From: Takakia lepidozioides
Lineage: Eukaryota > Plantae > Bryophyta
DNA length: 64,000 nucleotides
Assembly (NCBI GenBank): GCA_030704615.1
Contig: CM060732.1
Span: 32,674,001 to 32,738,000, forward strand
Direction: 5' to 3'
The notes under the pieces were generated by a model that did no database searches, was not told where the DNA came from, and saw only the letters and a list, made by a program, of their open reading frames with translations. Made by a program: the position numbers and the translations under genes. This document shows, piece after piece, positions 63,877 through 64,000 of this stretch. Within the stretch, counting starts at the first letter, position 1. Each line of letters begins with the position of its first letter.

Positions 63877-64000
63877 TACGGTAGTGGTTTTCCAACGCAG
63901 ACAACGAGTCCAAAAGGTCCCTCCCCACTAATCAGTCACATCCTCAACTCTTCCTGCAACGCCAACATAATAAGTGGAAGAATAAACACTAAAGTTTTCC

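Overview
Nuclear genomic DNA of a land plant; the GT-AG intron style, gene set and repeat types suggest a seed-free plant such as a moss, but the species cannot be fixed from sequence alone. Bases 1-4.9 kb are nested, decayed Ty3/gypsy fragments plus a SWIM zinc-finger fragment. Apparently intact genes follow: a START-domain protein, a STRUBBELIG-family LRR receptor kinase, UDP-apiose/UDP-xylose synthase, tRNA-Asn(GTT), a PWI+RRM RNA-binding protein, a PLS-DYW PPR editing factor, a thioredoxin-like 3-3 protein and a 22-exon cysteinyl-tRNA synthetase of the animal/fungal-like type. There are also several pseudogenes (extracellular LRR, small coiled-coil, Nit1-like nitrilase, RH35/DDX41 helicase). 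Mobile and repetitive DNA includes a tRNA-derived SINE, two hAT-type MITEs with 8-bp TSDs, two copies of one LINE, a chromovirus remnant and two hairpin-bearing minisatellites around an orphan ORF. The most striking object is a complete 365-bp TRIM (63533-63897, 5-bp TSD, Met-i PBS, PPT) whose two LTRs each carry a 72-nt tRNA-like Pol III cassette; it is inserted in the helicase coding sequence. Exon coordinates were read by eye and may be off by a few bases.
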